Counted from the first letter of the stretch, positions 9,920 through 21,203 are shown. The stretch is DNA of 64,000 nt from Pacificibacter sp. (GCF_039769035.1 NZ_JBDMZG010000023.1:4429-68428); one strand, 5' to 3'. A program made the numbers and translations. The notes: generated by a model not told the origin, from the sequence alone.

Positions 9920-11002
9920 GACGCCCTCAATTTTTCGTAGACAGAAAGGGCCGAGCACGCGCCACATTTGGCACAGCCTGCTTTTACGCTTTCCGCGCTC
10001 ATGCCTGCCCGTAAAATCATGCCCGACAAAGGCTTAAGGATACGTGCCATGAAATCTGCATCGGGCGCGGGGTGGCTTTCCATTGGGGTGCCCGAAACAG
10101 GAACGAATGGCACCACAAAGGGGTAAACCCCGATATTGCAAAGCTCTTGCGAGGTCTCAAGGATCGCTTCGGGCGTATCCCCGAGGCCGGCCAAAATATA
10201 GGTCGAGACTTGGCCGCGACCGAACACTTGGACCGCGGATTTGAAGCTGTCAAAGTACTTCTCTAAGCTGACTTGCGCCTTGCCGGGCATCACGCGTGCG
10301 CGCACTTCTGGGGTCACGGCTTCAAGGTGCATGCCAAGCGCATCGATGCCCGCTTCAAACATGCGCTCGTGCCAGATGTTGTCTTCGGGTGGTTCGCATT
10401 GGCCTTGGATTGGCAAATCAACCGCGGCCTTGATCGCAAGGGCGCTGTCGACCATCACCGATGCGCCGCGATCTTTTCCGGCGGGGGTGCCTGTGGTCAT
10501 AACCATGTGTTTCACGCCATCCAATTCCACAGCGGCCTTGGCAACTTCGGCGAGCTGTTGGGGCGTTTTATGGGCAATCGTGCGACCCGCGGCGAGGGAC
10601 TGGCCGATAGAGCAGAACTGGCAGGTTTTCTTGCGGCTTTCATACCGAATGCAGGTTTGCAAAACCGTCGTGGCCAGAACGTCCTTTGAGTGCAGCGTCG
10701 CGATTTTGCTGTATTCCACCCCATCTGCGGTTTTCAGGTCATAGAATTTGGGGCGGTTCGGGAACCGAATTTTGGCCAACGGCTGGCCTTGTTTGCTGAC
10801 TTGCGCGAACCCGTCTTCGTCGGGCGCTTGCACCCAATAGGGGCTGTCAAAGGCCGGAGCGGTGTGGACAGGGACCATGACCGTGGTGTCGCCAATCGTG
10901 ACGGCCTTGTGATCCGTTGGACCCGCCCCGCCACGACGGCTTTCCATGCCCGCGGTCGGGTCAACCAGCCGCATTCCATGGGTCTGCAATTCATTGATCA
11001 AT

Positions 11003-11016
<14 letters not shown>
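9916..11016 (-). CDS. nitD: MSMEG_0568-family radical SAM protein (Nit1C NitD)
   Basis: [30 protein letters not shown] (spread CxxxCxxC) and terminal GCAKCGACS. Confidence 0.9.
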
Positions 11017-11989
<973 letters not shown>

Positions 11990-12058
11990 AGGCCATCCTT
12001 TGTGGGTGATCGGCGGGGAAAACCGCGCCATGATCAGATGAAGTCAAATTTGAAGGTC

Positions 12059-12097
12059 GGAGCCTTGGGGCGACGCCGTTGCCGCCCCAAAGCTTCC
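12059..12097 (-). terminator. Intercistronic stem-loop between nitB and nitC
   Basis: GGAGCCTTGGGGCG-N10-CGCCCCAAAGCTTCC imperfect inverted repeat. Confidence 0.5.
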
Positions 12098-12101
12098 GGT
12101 G

Positions 12102-12584
12102 TTAGACAGTCCAGGTGTCCACGATCACCGCATCGTCGCGGATGTGTAGCAACTTGAGATCAAGCACATCTTGCGGTGCGATTGGCACGATGCCAGGAAG
12201 CAAGGATGGCTCGCCGTGGCCCATAAGCATTTGCAGGGCAAAACGGCAGGCATAGACTTTGCCGCCCTCTTTCATGAACTTTTTCAGGTTGGCCGAATAG
12301 TTCTGCGCGCCCGGAAAGGCTTCGTCGCCCAATGTCGGGAAACCACGTTGAACACCCAAAGACACACCTGGGCCATAAAGCAGCACAGACGTCTCAAAAC
12401 CTTTGCGCTGTAGGCGGATGGCCTGAAGGATATTCACCAATCCAATAGAGCCCTCAAAGGCAACAGAGTGGAAGGTCACAAGTGCTTTCTGGCCTTCTTC
12501 GGCCTGTACGTCTTCGAATACTTTCTCTTCGTAGTCCACAAAGAAATCACCGTCTTTATGGGCTGGTGTTGTTACCTTTGGCAT
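12102..12584 (-). CDS. nitB: MSMEG_0572/sll0783-family DsrE-like protein (Nit1C NitB)
   Basis: [41 protein letters not shown] and VYACRFAL. Confidence 0.9.
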   Translation of the reverse strand: MPKVTTPAHKDGDFFVDYEEKVFEDVQAEEGQKALVTFHSVAFEGSIGLVNILQAIRLQRKGFETSVLLYGPGVSLGVQRGFPTLGDEAFPGAQNYSANLKKFMKEGGKVYACRFALQMLMGHGEPSLLPGIVPIAPQDVLDLKLLHIRDDAVIVDTWTV

Positions 12585-12655
12585 TTCGCTCTCCTGTAGT
12601 TTGCGGTTGTCTTGCCTTAGGTGTGTCAGGTCATGCGGTAGGCTTCTATTGGTGC

Positions 12656-12816
12656 GTACAAATATACATACAATGTAATTGTATTGATTGTACGCTTTTG
12701 CTTAACTGCTGTGCGATACCGGATAAAATATGCGAATATTTGGGCTGTATTTGTTTTTTTGGCGCTTTACAGGCTTGCTTCTCGTCCTAATATTGATTGC
12801 ATATTATGCATACAAT
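12656..12816. promoter_or_regulatory. Repeated TACAAT/ATTGTA motifs, candidate MocR operator array in the nitB-mocR divergent region
   Basis: ATACAAT-GTA-ATTGTAT perfect inverted repeat at 12668-12684, ATTGTAC at 12687-12693, ATACAAT at 12810-12816, and TGCATA-T-TATGCA at 12798-12810. Confidence 0.55.
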
Positions 12817-12849
12817 GTTGGCACTAAGCGCAAGGATGAACGAAGAGCA

Positions 12850-14214
12850 ATGGAGAATTGGTCGAAAAGAATCGAACAAGCGAGCAAACCGCGGTATTTG
12901 GCGATTGCCGATTGTATTGCGCAGGACATGAAGGATCGTGTGTTGTTACCCGGTGATCGGTTGCCGCCGCAGCGGCGGCTTGCCGACATGATTGGCGTTG
13001 ATTTCACAACCGTTTCACGTGGCTATACCGAAGCGATCAGTCGCGGACTTGTTGAATCACATGTTGGGCGTGGCACCTTTGTGTTGCCCCAGCACAATAT
13101 CAACGGTGCCAGCGATGAACGCCGCGCGATGGCGAATGATCTCACCATGAATGCGCCGCCCGAACCCACGGATCCTGATCTTATCGAACGCATGCGCTTA
13201 GGGCTTTCTGCCGTGTCCGAAGATCTCTTGCATCTGCTGCGCTATCAAGCACCGATGGGCGGCGATGTCGACAAAGAAGCGGCGTCGATCTGGCTGTCTA
13301 TGCGTGGGTTGGTGCCCAATCTGGATCGCGTGTCGGTCACCCCTGGGGCACATGCCACGATGCTCGCGATCCTCACTGTTTTGGCGCGCCCTGGTGATTG
13401 CATTTTGTGCGAAGATATTACCTATGCGGGCTTCAAAAAGATCGCGGCGCAGCTGGGTCTTGAACTGATTGGTTTGCCGATGGATAAGGATGGCATTTTG
13501 CCAGACGCCCTCGAAGAGGCCATTCACCGCCATGGTCCAAAAGCGCTTTATCTTAATCCGACCTTGCACAATCCGACCACTATGATTGTGCCTCAACATC
13601 GCCGCCTTGAGATTGCCAAGGTGATCAACCGCCACAGTCTTCCGCTGATTGAGGACGATGCCTATGGGTTTGTTCTACCTGATGCGCCGCCTCCGATGGC
13701 AACCAGCGCGCCTGAGTTGACGTGGTACATCGGGGGGCTTGCGAAGTGCATTGGCGCGGGGTTGCGTCTTGCCTATACCGTCACTCCCAATGCGAGGGCC
13801 AATTTCGCCCTTGAAAATGGTATTCGTGCCGTATCAGGCATGTCTTCGCCGGTGTGTATGGCGCTTGCGACCCGCTGGGTTCTAGATGGCACGGCGGATC
13901 AAATTCGACGCTATATTCGCAAAGAAAGCGCCATCCGTCAGGAAATCGCCGCGCAGGAAATCACCGAGGCCGAGTTTTGGTCACACCCGCATGCATTTAA
14001 TATCTGGCTGCGGCTCCCCGAGAACGTGAGCTGTGCGACGTTGATGTCCCATATGTCCAACCACGAGATCGGCATTGCCCCTGAAAACGCGTTTCGCACC
14101 GCGGGGATACATGACCAAAACGTGCGCATTTGTCTTGGCGGGCGTATTCAACGCGAAACTCTGCCAAAGCTTCTGTCCCATCTCAATAATCAAATTTGGC
14201 AGCTCAGCCAGTGA
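12850..14214 (+). CDS. MocR/GabR-family regulator (GntR wHTH + PLP aminotransferase-like domain)
   Basis: GDRLPPQRRLA..GVDFTTVSRGY..VGRGTFV; PTLHNPT, IEDDAYG, GGLAKCIGAGLRL; start set at MENWSKR. Confidence 0.9.
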   Translation: MENWSKRIEQASKPRYLAIADCIAQDMKDRVLLPGDRLPPQRRLADMIGVDFTTVSRGYTEAISRGLVESHVGRGTFVLPQHNINGASDERRAMANDLTMNAPPEPTDPDLIERMRLGLSAVSEDLLHLLRYQAPMGGDVDKEAASIWLSMRGLVPNLDRVSVTPGAHATMLAILTVLARPGDCILCEDITYAGFKKIAAQLGLELIGLPMDKDGILPDALEEAIHRHGPKALYLNPTLHNPTTMIVPQHRRLEIAKVINRHSLPLIEDDAYGFVLPDAPPPMATSAPELTWYIGGLAKCIGAGLRLAYTVTPNARANFALENGIRAVSGMSSPVCMALATRWVLDGTADQIRRYIRKESAIRQEIAAQEITEAEFWSHPHAFNIWLRLPENVSCATLMSHMSNHEIGIAPENAFRTAGIHDQNVRICLGGRIQRETLPKLLSHLNNQIWQLSQ

Positions 14215-14715
14215 TGCGGCTTGGAGGGTGTCTTGGCGTCGGCTCAATCAATTTAGCTCAAAACATCACTATAGCATCTAGAAGGTGTTGTGACTGATTT
14301 TGATCAAATTCGGGCTTGCTTGTCTCCGTGGCTGATGGCAGGAGCGATCCGCTCTAAGAGAGAGTTTGCCGCTTGCGAAAGCCTGAGAAAAGGTTCCTGT
14401 GCACTTGCAAGATGGTGGCGCAGGGGTTCCTTCAGCGGTGAAGATAGTTGCGATGATGAGTGCGGACTGTCCGAGATTGTATGCGTTGAAAATATCTTCA
14501 CCACGGCGTCTTCCTCCGGACAGATGATCGGCTCTCTGATCTTGAGGGGCTGGTGGTCAAGTTTGTATCCGAAATTCCGGCCACCACCTTATTTAGGAAC
14601 TTCCACACAATGATGTGCCTTTCATTTTAGGCGATATGCGGTTGTTTTGGGCAAATTGATAATTCGAAAGCTGATACTCATTTAAAATTGTTGACTCGAT
14701 GAATTGGCCTCGGCA

Positions 14716-14751
14716 TGCTGTATGTCAATACATATGTGCTGACATACAGCA
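14716..14751. promoter_or_regulatory. 12-bp perfect inverted repeat overlapping the promoter of the amino-acid SBP
   Basis: TGCTGTATGTCA-N12-TGACATACAGCA; TTGACT at 14691-14696 and CATGCT 17 bp later. Confidence 0.6.
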
Positions 14752-14772
14752 CAAACAACAAGGAGTGAAATC

Positions 14773-15810
14773 ATGAAAAAGAATACGACACTTGCAATTG
14801 CAGTGGGTCTTGCGGGCGCAGCCTTGGCTCCAACTGCATCATTCGCGCAGAGCGCGACGGTTCAGCAGATTATGGATCGCGGGACTATGTTGTGCTCTGG
14901 CCACAACGGTAGCTACTTCGGTTTTGTCGAAGTGAACGACAAGAACGAATGGAAAGGTCTTGATATCGACCTTTGCCGTGCAATGACCACCGCGATTCTT
15001 GGTGATCCAGACAAGGCGCAAATTGTGCCGCTTAGCTGGGCCCAACGTTTCCCTGCACTTCAGTCCGGCGATGTCGATATCATTATTAAGGCGACAGGTT
15101 GGACAATGGGCCGCGATACAGAGCTTGGTCTTCAGTTCAGCTTGCCTTACTTCTTTGGTGGGACACAGTTCATGGTCCACGGTGATCTGGGTATCTCGGA
15201 CTCGTCCGGCCTCGAAGGCGGTACCGTTTGTGTTGAAGCGGGTACAACGATTGAACGTATTTCCGCAAACTACCTTCAGACCGCTGGCGTTGAGCACACC
15301 ATGGTGTCCTACGAAAGCGCGGCTGAACTTCGTGCGGCATATCTTGCAAATCGCTGTGATGCCTTTGCGGGTTGGGGCCCAAGTCTGGCGGTTCTACGCG
15401 CGACCGAACTCGATAACCCAGACGCACACGTCATTCTGAATGACCAACTCTCGAGCGAGCCAATCGCAGCAGCAATGCGTCAAGGCGATGAAGGTTTCGT
15501 TGATATGGCGAACTGGACAATCGCGGCGCTTTTGATTGCCGAAGAAGAAGGCGTCACCTCTGCGAATGTCGAAGAAATGGCCGCAACACCTCCGAACCCT
15601 AAGGTGGCACGCCTTCTTGGTGTTGAACCGGGAATGGGCGAGCGTCTTGGCATCCGTGATACTTGGGCGCGTGAAATGATCGCAGCAGTTGGTAACTTCG
15701 GTGAAATCTACGATCGAAACCTCGGTTCTGAAAGCCCGTACAATCTTGAGCGTGGCTTGAACAATCTCTGGAGCCACGGCGGCGTTCTTTACGCTCCGAT
15801 CCTTGACTAA
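14773..15810 (+). CDS. Amino-acid ABC transporter substrate-binding protein (AapJ/BztA-like)
   Basis: Signal peptide; GLDIDLCRA, RFPALQSGDVD, SSEPIAAAMRQGD, VGNFGEIYDRNLG and ERGLNNLW..GGVLYAP. Confidence 0.9.
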   Translation: MKKNTTLAIAVGLAGAALAPTASFAQSATVQQIMDRGTMLCSGHNGSYFGFVEVNDKNEWKGLDIDLCRAMTTAILGDPDKAQIVPLSWAQRFPALQSGDVDIIIKATGWTMGRDTELGLQFSLPYFFGGTQFMVHGDLGISDSSGLEGGTVCVEAGTTIERISANYLQTAGVEHTMVSYESAAELRAAYLANRCDAFAGWGPSLAVLRATELDNPDAHVILNDQLSSEPIAAAMRQGDEGFVDMANWTIAALLIAEEEGVTSANVEEMAATPPNPKVARLLGVEPGMGERLGIRDTWAREMIAAVGNFGEIYDRNLGSESPYNLERGLNNLWSHGGVLYAPILD

Positions 15811-15821
15811 ACAGTATATGG

Positions 15822-15845
15822 ACCGCCCAATCGATATTGGGCGGT
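15822..15845 (+). terminator. Stem-loop after the SBP gene
   Basis: ACCGCCCAAT-CGAT-ATTGGGCGGT. Confidence 0.6.
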
Positions 15846-15867
15846 TCACTTATATTTGGGGGCTAAT

Positions 15868-17004
15868 ATGACGACAACAGAAGTGCTTCGAAAGAAGAGT
15901 AGACAGCGAAAAATTACGATACAAGTATTGCTTGTTATCATCTCAATCATAGCGATTTGGGGGGCAGTGAGCAGTGCCCAAGTCAACCTTGCTGCGCTAG
16001 GAATTACGAACGGTTTTGGGTTTTTAGATCGCAGTACAGGCTGGGACTACAGCTTTTCTCTGGTCGAGCGATCCATCAATGATCCCTATTCAAAGACTTT
16101 GGTGATAGGATTTCAAAATACGATTTTCGTCGGTTTTATTTCCATCTTTTTTGCAACGATTTTTGGCTTCATCATCGGAACTGGACGCGATTCATCCCAT
16201 CCTGGCGTGAAGGCCGCCGCAACAGTTTTTGTACAAACGTTCCGTAATATTCCTTTGATTTTGCAAGGCGTTTTCCTTTACTCAGTTCTCATACATTTCC
16301 CAGGACCGCGCCAATCCATGTCATTCGCTGACAGTGTATTTTTGTCAAATCGTGGGCTTATGTTGCCAGGCTTAAATGTATCGCCTAGCGTCGCGGTCGC
16401 TTTGATTTTGGCCATAGCTAGCGTGGCTGTGCTTTTGGTGTGGAGAAAGGTGCCTTTGCTGCGTGGTTTGATAATTTGGATTGCTGCGGCCATCTCGATG
16501 TCTGTGATTGTTGCGTTTGTGATGCGTCCCGAGGGTGAGCCGTTGTTGTCAATCCCATCATTGAAAGGGCTTCGATTTAATGGGGGCATAACCGTTTCTA
16601 TTGAACTCGTAGCGATGATCACAGCGATCACATTGTACGGAAGTGCGTATATCGCAGAAGTTGTGCGCGGTGGCCTCAAACAAGTGCCCCGTGGTTTGAT
16701 TGAAGCGGGGCAGGCTGTGGGACTAACACAAGGTCAAATTTGGCACCGCATCAAGATGCCCATGTCGCTACGCAGCATCATTCCGCCATTGGGCAATCAG
16801 TGGATTTTCATCATGAAAGCCACCACCATCGGTATCGCTATTGGCTTTAGTGATATGTTCTACATTGTATCGAATTCCATTACGCAATCTGGGCAGACGC
16901 TTGAACTTATCTTCTTGTTGATGGCGGCGTTTCTTACCGTGAATTTTTCAATCTCAATTTTTACGAATTGGTTGAACAATCGACTAAAGCTAAAGGCACA
17001 CTAA
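15868..17004 (+). CDS. Amino-acid ABC permease (AapQ/BztB-like)
   Basis: GFGFL, FRNIPLILQ, AYIAEVVRGG..VPRGLIEAG (EAA loop) and IIPPLGNQ. Confidence 0.9.
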   Translation: MTTTEVLRKKSRQRKITIQVLLVIISIIAIWGAVSSAQVNLAALGITNGFGFLDRSTGWDYSFSLVERSINDPYSKTLVIGFQNTIFVGFISIFFATIFGFIIGTGRDSSHPGVKAAATVFVQTFRNIPLILQGVFLYSVLIHFPGPRQSMSFADSVFLSNRGLMLPGLNVSPSVAVALILAIASVAVLLVWRKVPLLRGLIIWIAAAISMSVIVAFVMRPEGEPLLSIPSLKGLRFNGGITVSIELVAMITAITLYGSAYIAEVVRGGLKQVPRGLIEAGQAVGLTQGQIWHRIKMPMSLRSIIPPLGNQWIFIMKATTIGIAIGFSDMFYIVSNSITQSGQTLELIFLLMAAFLTVNFSISIFTNWLNNRLKLKAH

Positions 17005-17005
17005 G

Positions 17006-18088
17006 ATGGCACATACTCAAAAATTATCTCCCAACCGCTTTCACGCCTATATGGCGTCTTTCTCAAAACGCGCTTTCGGGACCCCATCTGCAGCAGTTTT
17101 GTCCATCGTCATTTTTGGCGCTCTCGGGTATTGGACTTGGCTTGCGGTTGATTGGGCCATTTTTCGAGCGGTGTGGTCCGCCGAAAATGTTGCCCACTGT
17201 ACCGAAGAGGCGGGTGCCTGTTGGTCTGTGATTGATGCGCGCCATCGCCTGATCCTCTTCGGTCTTTATCCCTATGAGGAACATTGGCGATCTACATTTG
17301 CTTGCCTGTCCATTATTGCGACAGTGATCATTTCTTGTTTTCCGGCCACCTGGACGGCGAAGCGACTCACAAGCCTTTGGGTGGCAGGATTTGCTGCATA
17401 TTATCTCCTGATGGAAGGGAGCTTGCTGGGCCTTGCGCAGGTTACAACGGATGGGTGGGGCGGGCTTTCCCTCACGTTATTTCTGTTTGCGTCTGTTGTT
17501 CTATTGGGCATGCCTATGGGGCTTGGCTTGGCGTTGATGCGCCGCTCTGAGATGCCTGTTGTGCGTAGCTTTGCGGTGATCGTGATCGATACAATTCGTT
17601 CATTGCCTCTTTTGACTACACTGTTTACCGCGGCTGTCGTCGTTCCAATCCTTTTGCCAAGCTGGCTTGAAGGTGACAAGATTTGGCGCGTTATCATCGC
17701 GTTTTCTTTGTTCTTTGGCTGTTATCAGGCCGAAGTTTTCAGAGGCGGTTTTCAGGCCATTCCGAAAGGGCAATTCGAAGCCGGCAAGGCCCTTGGTATA
17801 GGGTATTGGAAGATCATGGCGCGCATCATTTTGCCGCAAGTGTTCCGCCATGCTTTGCCAAGTACCATCAATATGGTTGTTGTGACGTTTAAAGAGACAG
17901 CCATCGTGATCATCATCGGCTTCTTTGATGTATTGGCATCGGCCAAGGCTGCTTTCGGGACAGGCGAGTGGGCGCCGCATTACATGGAGGTCTATGTCTT
18001 TGTCGGTGCGATATATTGGACATTCATCTTTTCGCTCGGCCAGTATGGCGAGTATTTGAAAGGAAGAATGGCCTTATCGACGCACTAG
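17006..18088 (+). CDS. Amino-acid ABC permease (AapM/BztC-like)
   Basis: GACW, YPYEEHWR, WGGLSLTL, AEVFRGGFQAIPKGQFEA and FKETA. Confidence 0.9.
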   Translation: MAHTQKLSPNRFHAYMASFSKRAFGTPSAAVLSIVIFGALGYWTWLAVDWAIFRAVWSAENVAHCTEEAGACWSVIDARHRLILFGLYPYEEHWRSTFACLSIIATVIISCFPATWTAKRLTSLWVAGFAAYYLLMEGSLLGLAQVTTDGWGGLSLTLFLFASVVLLGMPMGLGLALMRRSEMPVVRSFAVIVIDTIRSLPLLTTLFTAAVVVPILLPSWLEGDKIWRVIIAFSLFFGCYQAEVFRGGFQAIPKGQFEAGKALGIGYWKIMARIILPQVFRHALPSTINMVVVTFKETAIVIIIGFFDVLASAKAAFGTGEWAPHYMEVYVFVGAIYWTFIFSLGQYGEYLKGRMALSTH

Positions 18089-18106
18089 CGACCTAGGAGG
18101 TGCAAA

Positions 18107-18146
18107 GAAAAGGGGCGAAGAGGTAAAACCCGCTTCGCCCCTTTTC
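18107..18146. terminator. Bidirectional rho-independent terminator
   Basis: GAAAAGGGGCGAAG-N12-CTTCGCCCCTTTTC between convergent operons. Confidence 0.8.
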
Positions 18147-18167
18147 TATTGGATCAAGTGTTGGGTA

Positions 18168-18383
18168 TTACGAATTCAAATATCCAGCAATGAGTGCAAC
18201 AAAGGCCCCGATGTGCACGACCATCAGCGCTCGGTCCCTCCACATAAATCCAACGACAAACCACAGCACGATACCGATGACAAAGGCCGCAATATTCCAC
18301 GGCACGATATTCATCCCCGTCAAGGCATATCCAATAAGTTGCACGACCGTCGCAATCCATTTGATCACATCTACGCGTTCCAT
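18168..18383 (-). CDS. Small membrane protein (DUF6552-like)
   Basis: 71 aa, hydrophobic: IKWIATVVQLIGYALT..PWNI..LWFVVGFMWRDRALMVVH. Confidence 0.65.
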   Translation of the reverse strand: MERVDVIKWIATVVQLIGYALTGMNIVPWNIAAFVIGIVLWFVVGFMWRDRALMVVHIGAFVALIAGYLNS

Positions 18384-18413
18384 ATCTTTACTCTTTCGTT
18401 ATTTCGTTAAGGA

Positions 18414-19298
18414 TCACAACGCATCAATTGGCACAGTAAGCGTCATGTTACCGTCTTTATCTTTGGGAACTTCGCCGGCGCGCATATTGACTTGGAGCGA
18501 CGGAATAATCAATTTTGGCATGCCAAGGGTCGCGTCGCGGGCTTCGCGCATGGAGACGAACTCTTCACGAGACGCCCCTTCACCAACATGGATATTCGCT
18601 TTCTTTTGTGCGCCGATGGTCGTCTCCCAACGGATTGCGCGCCCATTGGGGCCGTAGTCGTGACATACAAACAGTCGCATTTCTTCAGGGAGAGCAAGAA
18701 CGCGTTCGATTGAATCGAACAACTCACCGGCATCGCCTCCAGGAAAATCCGCCCGCGCGGACCCGCCATCTGGCATGAATAATGTATCACCCGTAAAGAC
18801 CGCATCCCCTATGACATGCACCATACAGGCCGGCGTATGTCCGGGCGTATGCATGGCAAAACAAGTCATTTTGCCGACATTATAAACCTGATTGTCCGTG
18901 AACAGACAGTCGAACTGTGTGCCGTCCCGTTGGAATTCGGTGCCAGCATTAAAGATCTTTCCAAAGGTTTCTTGCACAGTCAGGATATGTTCACCGATCC
19001 CGATTTTACCGCCCAGTTTTTTCTGTATATAGGGCGCGCCAGATAGGTGATCTGCGTGAACATGTGTTTCAATAATCCATTCAAGTCTAAGCCCGCGTTC
19101 GGTTATGAATGCGATGATCTGATTCGCGGTATCAAAGCTGAGGCGTGCAGCCGCGTAATCAAATTGCATGACAGCATCAATGACCGCGCAAGACGTGCTT
19201 GCGGGGTCTTTGATGACATAGCTTATTGTGTTGGACTGCGCATCGAAGAATGCCGTTACGTCTGGCTTTTGATCCAGAGATGCAATTGGATGTTCCAT
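18414..19298 (-). CDS. MBL-fold persulfide (sulfur) dioxygenase, ETHE1/Blh type
   Basis: ETHVHADHLS, TPGHTPAC, GDTLFMPDGGSARADFPGG, CHDY and PKLIIPSLQVNMRAG. Confidence 0.85.
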   Translation of the reverse strand: MEHPIASLDQKPDVTAFFDAQSNTISYVIKDPASTSCAVIDAVMQFDYAAARLSFDTANQIIAFITERGLRLEWIIETHVHADHLSGAPYIQKKLGGKIGIGEHILTVQETFGKIFNAGTEFQRDGTQFDCLFTDNQVYNVGKMTCFAMHTPGHTPACMVHVIGDAVFTGDTLFMPDGGSARADFPGGDAGELFDSIERVLALPEEMRLFVCHDYGPNGRAIRWETTIGAQKKANIHVGEGASREEFVSMREARDATLGMPKLIIPSLQVNMRAGEVPKDKDGNMTLTVPIDAL

Positions 19299-19313
19299 GC
19301 CCGTCTTCCTTTT

Positions 19314-19952
19314 CTAATCGAGAGTTACAGCGCCTTTTGGTGTACTTAGATCAAAGGACAACGCGGCGGGGCCCTCGCTGACATTGGCCAAGTGATCGAC
19401 CTTGAGTGCTTTCAAAACTTCCAACAGTTCAGACGGGTTTGGGTGGGCCAAATGAACCTTGTCCAAGGTCACGCCCAAATCTTGTTGGCCTGTGCTTGGA
19501 TGGGGCCCTGGCGACCATTCGATGAACGCAGGCAACAAACCTCCCATCGGCAAGCTTCCGTCTTTTGGTACAGTCAAACGCCATGAGCGATCACCGCGCG
19601 TGAACAGTACCACTTCGCCCAGATCCACGGGGCTCGCGGCGATGACCGCATCCAGATCGTCGGTCCCAACGACCCAGCACAATGCACGAGGACGGGTTTT
19701 TAGGCGGGCTTGGGTGGCACGGTCATCCAGCGTGAACCAACGTACCCGCCCTGGATCGGCTGGTGCGTCGGGATCGATCGCGATAAGTTCAAAGAAGCTC
19801 TCGTTGCCTGATTGCATCACACAATTATGCGTGCTCATCGCGTCGTGTTTGCCGCCGCGTGGAACTTCGACGCCAAGGACGTCCTTCAGGCTTTCGATAC
19901 CTTGCTCCAAGCTGTCGGCGCCAATCGCAAAGTGGTCAATTTTGTTGTGCAT
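19314..19952 (-). CDS. VOC/glyoxalase-like domain protein
   Basis: IDHFAIGA..GGKHDAMSTHN..FELIAIDP..PAFIEW. Confidence 0.8.
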   Translation of the reverse strand: MHNKIDHFAIGADSLEQGIESLKDVLGVEVPRGGKHDAMSTHNCVMQSGNESFFELIAIDPDAPADPGRVRWFTLDDRATQARLKTRPRALCWVVGTDDLDAVIAASPVDLGEVVLFTRGDRSWRLTVPKDGSLPMGGLLPAFIEWSPGPHPSTGQQDLGVTLDKVHLAHPNPSELLEVLKALKVDHLANVSEGPAALSFDLSTPKGAVTLD

Positions 19953-19977
19953 TTGGGCACTCCGTTTTGATGGTAAA

Positions 19978-21153
19978 CTATGAATTCAAAAGAGGTAACG
20001 CGGCCTGCAGGTCTGCTTTCAGGCTATCTGTGTCTTCAAGGCCGATGTTAAACCGCACCAAGGCACCGGTCTCAGTCCAAGCTTTCGCGCTGCGCATGGG
20101 GTCAACGGGCAATACAAGGCTCTCGTATCCACCCCAGCTCACGCCGATACCAAAATGATGCAGGGCGTCGACAAAATCGCGGATTTGTGCCGCGCTGCAG
20201 GGGTGAAAAATCACGGAGAACAGACCTGCGGCGCCGGTGAAGTCACGCTTCCAGAAATCGTGGCCGGGGCAACTCTCAAAGGCTGGGTGCAGAACAGTCT
20301 TTACTTGTTTTTGTTGTCCCAGCCATGTCGCGATTTCACGGCCGGCCTTGTCAAAATACTCCATGCGGACCTTAAGCGTTCTAAGCCCGCGCAAGGCGAG
20401 GAAAACTTCGTGTGATCCTGGCTTGTCGCCGATTGCAAAAACGGTCTTACGTATCTGATCATGGTACATGGTATTGCTCGCGATCATGCCCATCATGCAA
20501 TCTGAATGCCCGCTGATGTATTTTGAGCAAGAGGCGACCACGACATCGCAGCCCAGATCAAGGGGTTTGCAAAACAACGGCGTGGCCCAAGTGCTATCGA
20601 TAATCGAGGGGATAGAGGCATCGCGTGCGGCTTTTGCAATGGCCGGAATGTCAGGTATTTCAAAGGTGCCCGACCCTGGGGCTTCGAGCATAATGGCGCA
20701 GGTTGTTTCACGAATTAAATCGTAGATATCTGTGCCGATCATGGGATCGTAGTATTCAATCTCAACGCCCATGCGGCTCAAAACGCCATCACAAAAGGCG
20801 CGCGTGTTGCCGTAGACGTGATCGGCGACCAATAGGTGTTTTCCCGGGGCAACGAATGTCATCAACGCCGTAGAGATGGCCGCCACGCCGGATGATGTTA
20901 AGGTGACACCGCGTGCGTTTTCGAGATTGGCAAGTAGCGCTTCCAGTTGAAATGAGGCGTCATTTCCATACCGCCCATAGTAAAGGGTACCGGATGCGTA
21001 GCGCGCATCGCGTGCGCTCTCAAAACTTGCCATACTGTCAAAGACAATCGTCGAGCCAAGCTCAATAGGCATGTTAACATGACGACCATCGACACGGGGA
21101 GGCCTACCGTTTTGCACGAGAGCATCGGCGTTATTTCTTGTATCTGAAGGCAT
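19978..21153 (-). CDS. PLP-dependent C-S lyase, cystathionine beta-lyase (MetC)-like
   Basis: GSTIVF, YGRYG, DSTWATP, SKYISGHSD (PLP lysine), RGLRTL and GVSWGGYESL. Confidence 0.85.
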   Translation of the reverse strand: MPSDTRNNADALVQNGRPPRVDGRHVNMPIELGSTIVFDSMASFESARDARYASGTLYYGRYGNDASFQLEALLANLENARGVTLTSSGVAAISTALMTFVAPGKHLLVADHVYGNTRAFCDGVLSRMGVEIEYYDPMIGTDIYDLIRETTCAIMLEAPGSGTFEIPDIPAIAKAARDASIPSIIDSTWATPLFCKPLDLGCDVVVASCSKYISGHSDCMMGMIASNTMYHDQIRKTVFAIGDKPGSHEVFLALRGLRTLKVRMEYFDKAGREIATWLGQQKQVKTVLHPAFESCPGHDFWKRDFTGAAGLFSVIFHPCSAAQIRDFVDALHHFGIGVSWGGYESLVLPVDPMRSAKAWTETGALVRFNIGLEDTDSLKADLQAALPLLNS

Positions 21154-21203
21154 GGAATAATCTCGCTTAATATAGACGTTCTGAGGATGACATCCCAGAT
21201 CTA

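Noticed and set aside
12819-12834. TGGCAC...GC resembling a sigma54 promoter
   Set aside because: GG-to-GC spacing is 2 bp too short for -24/-12, and it faces mocR rather than nitB
14290-14613. 107-aa ORF as a real gene
   Set aside because: No family motif, atypical composition, and no supporting RBS
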